The notes below the pieces were generated by a model. That model had not been told where the DNA came from and did no database searches. It saw only the letters and a program-made list of their open reading frames with translations. The translations under genes and the position numbers were made by a program. Below are positions 35,795-41,262 of a stretch of DNA of 41,262 nt, piece after piece. The stretch comes from Vicugna vicugna (Eukaryota): contig MU057446.1 of the NCBI GenBank assembly GCA_013265495.1, positions 1 through 41,262 on the forward strand. Direction: 5' to 3'. Position 1 is the first letter of the stretch, and each line of letters begins with the position of its first letter.

Positions 35795-38021
35795 TTACTA
35801 CTATTAAGTTGATGATCTCTTAGGTTCAGATACATTCTAATAACCCTGTGTTCTTACCCTGCTACCACAATGTGTAATTTTTTGGCATCATATTTTACAT
35901 CTTTTTGTTTTGTGTATCCCTTAACTAATTAGTGTGGATACAGATGATTTTAGTACTTTTAACTCTCTTATTAGCTTTATATGTAGTTGATCTACTTCCT
36001 TTACTGTCTGTTTGCCTTTACCAATTAGATTTTTTCTTTCATAATTTTCATATTTCCAGTTGTGGCCTTTGCTTTTCTGCTTAGAGAAGTCCCTTCAGCA
36101 TTTCCTGCAAAGTCAGCTTAGTGGTGCTGAACTCTTTTACCTTTTGCTTAACTGTAAAACTCTCTATTTCTCCTTCAAATCTAAATGATAGCCATGCCAT
36201 GTAGAATATTCTTGATTATAGGTTTTCTTTCTTTCACCACATTGAATATATTGTGCCACTTCCTTCTGGCCTACAAAATTTCTGCTGAAAAGTCACCCTA
36301 TTGTCTTATGGGAGTTCCCATATACGTAACTAGTTGCTTTTCTCTTGCTAGTTTTAAGAGTTTCTCTTTTTCTTTAATTTTTGTCGTTTTAATTAATGTA
36401 TGTTGTTGTGGACCCTTTGGGTTCATCTTGCTTGGAACTCTCTGTTTCCTGAACCTGGATTTTTTTTTTTTTCCTTTCCCAGGTTAGGGAAGTTTTCAGC
36501 TATTATTTCTTCAAATAAATCATCTGCCCCTTTCTCTCTCTCTTCTCCTTCTGGGGCCTCTATAATGCAAATATAGTATGCTTTATGTTGTCTCAGAGAT
36601 CTCTTAAACTTTCCTCATTTTTTAAAATTCTTTTTTCTTTCTTCTGTTTAGCTTTGGTGATTTCCACTACTCTGTTTTTCAGTTTGCTGACCTGTTCCTC
36701 TGAATCATCTAATCTACTGTTGATTCCTTCTAGGGTATTTTTTATTTCAGTTGTATTCTCCAGCTCTGTTTCTTACTTATGTCTTCTCTTTGTTGAAATC
36801 TTATTATATTCATCCATTCTTATTCTGAGTTTATTGAGCATCTTTATGATCATTAGCTTGAACTCTTTATCAGATAGATTGGTTATCTTCTCCTTGTTTA
36901 GTTCTTTTTCTGAGGTTTTATCTTGTTTCTTCATTTGTTAATACCCCTGTCTCCTCATTTTACCTAATTCTCTGCATGTATTTGTATGTATTATGTAGGT
37001 CAATTATGTTTCCTGATCTTGGAGAAGTGACTTTATGTAGGAGACATTCTATGGGGCCCAGCAGCATACTCTCCTCTGGTCACCAGAACTATATGCTCAT
37101 ATGATGCCCCCTATATGGGCTGCATGAGCCCTTCTGTTCTGGCAAGGCCAACTGCTATGGACATATGGTAGGCAGGCCCAGTCCCCAGCCAGGTAGGCTG
37201 CCAGGTCTTGCCTCATGCAGTGATTACTAGCCCACTGGTAGCTGGGGCTGAGTCCTAGGGAAGCTGGCTGCAAGGTCCAGGGATCCCCAGGGCTAGTCCT
37301 GGCCTGCTGATGGGCAAGGCTGGGTCTCATGGCATGTGTTAGTCCACTGGTGAGCAGATAAATCCCTAGTGCTAATAAGCTAAGGGGAGGACTCCAAAAT
37401 GGCACTTTCCAACACCAGTGCCCTTATAGTAGCAGGGGCTCCCCCAAATAGCTTCTGCCAGTGTCTGTGACCCTAGGGGGATTTCCCAATTGCATCCTCC
37501 TCTTTGGGAGGTGCTTCAAGATCAACAAGTGGGTCTGACTCAGGTTCCTTTCAATTTACTGTCTCTCAGTTGGGACTCAGACCTCTGAGATTTTGCCTGA
37601 GCCCTTAAGGAGTGGATTCTCTATTTCCTACAGCCTTCTGGCTCTCCTGAATGCAAGCCCTGCTGGCCTAAAAAGCCAGACATTCTGAGGACTCATCTCT
37701 CCCAGTGCAGAACCCCTGGGCTGGGGAGTCCAATGTGGGGCTCAGAACCCTCGCTTCTGGGGAAGAACCTCTGCAATTGTGATTACCCTCCGATTCGTGG
37801 GTCTCCTCCCTGAGGGTGTGGGTGTTAAAATATACTGCATCCTGGTCCCACCTACCCATCTCACTGTGGTTCCTTCTTTATATCTTTAGTGGTGGAAAAT
37901 CATTTCTGCTGGTCTTCAGATTGTTCTAATTGACAGTTACTTTGTAAATGGTTGTGATTTTGGTGTGTCTATGGGAGGAGGTAAGCTCAAGAGTTTCCCA
38001 CTCCATCATTTGGCCACACCC
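33462..38021 (-). mobile_element. L1 body: 5' UTR, ORF1 and the 5' part of ORF2 (decayed)
   Basis: ORF2 start MAISTYLSMITLNVNRLSAPIKR (ATG at 35532) and the RT-region peptide SFYEASITL...[23 protein letters not shown] (34018-34215). A GC-rich 5' UTR spans about 37000-38021. Confidence 0.92.
35702..35806. repeat. Compound microsatellite (TTA)n(CTA)n, about 35 triplets
   Basis: Directly visible. Confidence 0.97.
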
Positions 38022-38129
38022 AATAGCAGATTTTATATTAGCAATAGGAATGAGTTTTGTGTCCCGTCTCTAGTCTCTTAGGAAATGACAATGCTTCATC
38101 ACTTTATTTTTAAAATACCAATGCAACCC

Positions 38130-39950
38130 ATCATATCAAAATAAGAAGACAAAAATGGACTTTCAAATATCATGCTTTTGAATCCAACATGGATTAGTTA
38201 CCAAATTAGATGGCAAAGAATTATTTATTAGGCAATGACACTATAGGTAGGCTAAAATAATAGATTATGTTAACATTTCCATACTAAGGATATAACACAA
38301 TATTCCCAACTCACAGGAAAGCAGCCATCAGGAAAAACAGAAAATTTTAAATGGAATATCTCATTACAGAAGAATTTCATCATAAAATTAAATAATGAAA
38401 ATAAGCCTATAATCAAAGAAAGTTTCCATATAACTCATTTATTAGCCAAGCAAAGGAAGCCATGTAGGGATGAGTTAAATTGTATTTGTTTACAGCAGCC
38501 AAAGAAATATGTCTAGAAATAAAGAAATGTGCTTAAGACTCTTTCAGCCAGAACAGTTGCTCAGAAAGTTGAGAACATTGGGAACAGTGTCAATGGCCAA
38601 TTAATAAACAAGGCAAATAATTCTGAGTGGTTTTCCTTGGCTCTTGATGAGCTGACAGATGTCACCAGGACTACTCAGTTGTTGTTTATTGAAGGAGTCA
38701 GTGACAAGTTTGAAGTAACTGAAGAATTAGATTCTATGGGCAGCCTCTGTGGAACAACTATAGAAAAGAATATTTTCAAAACAGAATTATACACATTGAG
38801 TGAGTTGCATGATATGTGAATTTAATCTCAATAAAGCTTTTGTTTGAAAGAGGATATTTTCAAAAATTTGAGAAAACTCTATTTTCAGTATAAACTGAAG
38901 TAGAATCTGCTAAGATATATAACAACTAAAGGTGGTAGAAATATGTGTAAAGCAGAAAAAGCTATAGTTGGACTCATTTATAAAGTTTGTGAAAATGTTA
39001 GGCATTTAAAGCCTATGGTTATTCATTGTATTAGTTACAAATTAGTATTTTGTAGAAAATATTTGTATACATCATATGTTGTAAGCTGGTACTGTAACTT
39101 CATTCACTATCAGTGGACTTAACCATCACTGTTTCCGTGAATTTTTAATCCAGTACAGAAGATAATATCCTGATTTAATCTACTATAAAGCAGTTAGATG
39201 GCTTAATATTAGCAAACTTTTATTGCAAGTTTTTGAGCAAAGGGCAAAAATTTGAATCTGAATGAGAAGAACCACTCTCAACCACTATGATCAAACAAGA
39301 ATGACTTTTGAAGGTATCTTCTACTAAAGACTTGACCATGCTTCTTAATGAATTCAACTTATAGTTAAAAGCCAAAAAAGCAATACATGCAAATTTTATA
39401 CTGTGGAAAAGTCATTTTTATAGCAATCTAATAATTTTCTGTAATTCACAAGTAATATCAAGCTAATTTCTATACTTCACATGTAGTCTAAAATTAAAAT
39501 GAGAAGCAAGATCTTCCTTCCCACACGTTTGCAGCAGACATATATTCTGAATTTAAACCACAGTTCCGACTCTGCTTTTTGATTTCAATGCAAGTGCAAA
39601 GAAACTTTCTGTATTTCAAAATCTGTTTTACTATGCAATTGAGGAGCATCTACCTAACATTCAATTGGAAATGATTAATTTGCAATGTAATGGCTGCTAA
39701 AGGGCAACTACCAATAGAAGAATCTAATAGATTCCTATAACTGCCTTCTTGAGCAGTGGATATACTTAATGAAAATTACATGCTGGTGAGCAAATATCAG
39801 CATTTGGCACTATAGCCTCTGAGTGTGAAAAGACATTTTCGAAGATGAAATACGTGAATTTAATTATAAATCAGCATTAACAGTTGAACATTTGTGATCA
39901 GTTTTAATGACATAGGGAACCTAATTCTGAACCTCAGTTAAGCAAACTAA
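38130..39950 (+). pseudogene. Decayed hAT transposase (GTF2IRD2/SPIN/Charlie-like)
   Basis: ORF 38529-38819 carries the SLALDE-TD catalytic motif. Later fragments correspond to IHCI and FG-T--CEKTFSKMK. Many stops and frameshifts. Confidence 0.8.
38782..38848 (+). mobile_element. Tiny L1 3'-tip insertion in the transposase, with TSD
   Basis: gatatgtgaatttaatctcaataaagct flanked by atattttcaaaa at 38770-38781 and 38854-38865. Confidence 0.7.
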
Positions 39951-40494
39951 CCCCCCCACCAAAATGATTCAATTCTCTATTAGTAAACCAGCATTAACAA
40001 AAGTTGTGCTCAGTTATTATTCTATTTTAAATTTCATCAATATATTTTTTTTGAAATTTGTTTTCTCTCTTGTTATATAAATGTCTACATAATAATCTCA
40101 GTTTTGCCTCTTGGCCCACAAAGCCTAAAATACTATCCAGCCCTTTATTGAAAAAGGTTGCTAACCCAGATCTAAGTTAAAGTCTCACCTGTCCTCCTGA
40201 TTCCTAGCTAAAATACGTGTGTTATAATAGTAAGTCACCTTCATGGTTTTGAGCTAAGAAGTGTAAAGTATGTACAATGGTGACATGTGGTAGGTGCTTT
40301 TTAAGTTGTTATGAATATTAATAAACTCTATTTCTATAGCTCTTCTGAGCTATACAGAGTTGTGATCATTACCAAGCTTGTCTGTAGGCAGAGGGAGGCC
40401 ACTGGTGAAGAAAAATTTCCTTTAAACCAGTCCTCTTTAAAATTGCCCTGGAGGGGTTTCCACCTAATCCATCCCAGCTTGCTTTTTTAAATTT

Positions 40495-41135
40495 TAGTTT
40501 TGGGGTAGCAGGTTTATTAAGATACGATTCACATATGCAATACACCCATTTAAATTCAATGCAGCACCACAACCAATTTTAGAACATTTCCATCATCCCA
40601 GAAAGAAACCCATACTTCTTAGCCATCATCCCCTCATCCTCCCACCTCCCCCCTAGCCCTAGGGAACATATAATCCATTTTCTCTCTCTATAGATTTGCC
40701 TATTCTGGACATTTGCTATAAATGGAATCACACAATATGTGGTCTTTTGGGACTGGTTTGTTTCACCTAGCATATTATTCTCAAGCTTTATCCACATGGT
40801 ACATGTATCAGTGCTTCATTCCTTTTCATGGTGGAATAGTGTTCCATTGAATAAATGTACTACTTTTGTTCATCCATTCATCAGTAATGAACACTGGGTT
40901 CTTTCCGTCTTTTGGACATTATGAGTAATGAACATTGATGTACAAAATTTTGTGTGGACATTTTTTCCTTTCTCTTAGGAAGAAGTGGAATTGCTGGGTG
41001 ACGTGGTAACTCTATTTCTAACTTTCTGAGGAATTGCCAGACTGTTGCCCAAAGTGGCTGCACCGTTTTACTCCCTGCCAGCACTGTGTGAGGATTCCAG
41101 TTCTCCACATTCTCACCAACACTTGCAGTTACTGA
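40495..41135 (-). mobile_element. L1MB-like 3' portion
   Basis: caattttagaacatttccatcatccc...gatttgcctattctggacattt...ttctgaggaattgccagactgtt. Confidence 0.85.
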
Positions 41136-41262
41136 CACCCTGGGAGCCCTGCAATAGCACTGGAGTATTTCCACTAAAATTCAAGTTTTTCTCAGAGAAG
41201 AAAAGATTCTCAGAGATTGTGCCTCGGAAGTACCTAGTTTTTCTGTTCATAAAACAAAACCC

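Larger units (their letters stand above)
31239..40169 (+). mobile_element. Cheshire-like hAT-Charlie DNA transposon, split by a nested L1 (arms about 31239-31627 and 38022-40169)
   Basis: MER58-like left arm and right terminus (gcccacaaagcctaaaatactatccagcccttta...aggttgctaacccag). The decayed transposase reads FSLALDELTDVTRTTQLLFI...FEVTEEL. Confidence 0.8.

Noticed and set aside
38529..38819. Possible domesticated transposase gene (GTF2IRD2/ZBED-like)
   Set aside because: Only a fragment is open, its C-terminus runs into an L1 insertion, and the flanking transposase sequence is full of stops and frameshifts.
19940..41262. MUC13 or other coding exons downstream of HEG1
   Set aside because: No signal-peptide, PTS-repeat, SEA or EGF exon was recognised. 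Short exons could have been missed by eye.
1..41262. CRISPR arrays, operons or prokaryotic defence systems
   Set aside because: The sequence is mammalian, with spliceosomal introns and LINE/SINE repeats, and there is no repeat-spacer array.

Overview
This is mammalian nuclear DNA, not prokaryotic. A Vic-1-type tRNA-derived SINE points to a camelid. The window holds the 3' end of HEG1 (heart development protein with EGF-like domains 1) on the + strand: the end of a long intron, the 88-bp transmembrane exon (9918-10005), a penultimate exon broken by a 106-N assembly gap (about 12880-13098), and the last exon (14778 to stop at 14927) with an inferred ~5-kb 3' UTR. The rest is intergenic and rich in repeats: L1, L2, MIR, LTRs, MER5, a MER2/Tigger-like MITE and a Cheshire-like hAT element. 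No new gene system is supported. The most unusual structure is a nest at 31.2-40.2 kb. A Cheshire-like DNA transposon contains a near full-length L1, and about 1.3 kb of that L1 is replaced by a copy of sequence from 11.5 kb upstream. The two copies share a 243-bp identical core and have strongly GC-skewed diverged flanks. The gap-adjacent HEG1 exon also shows an apparent frameshift and a Y-to-H change in the Rasip1-binding motif; both may be assembly error. Repeat family names and human HEG1 comparisons come from memory and were not checked against databases.
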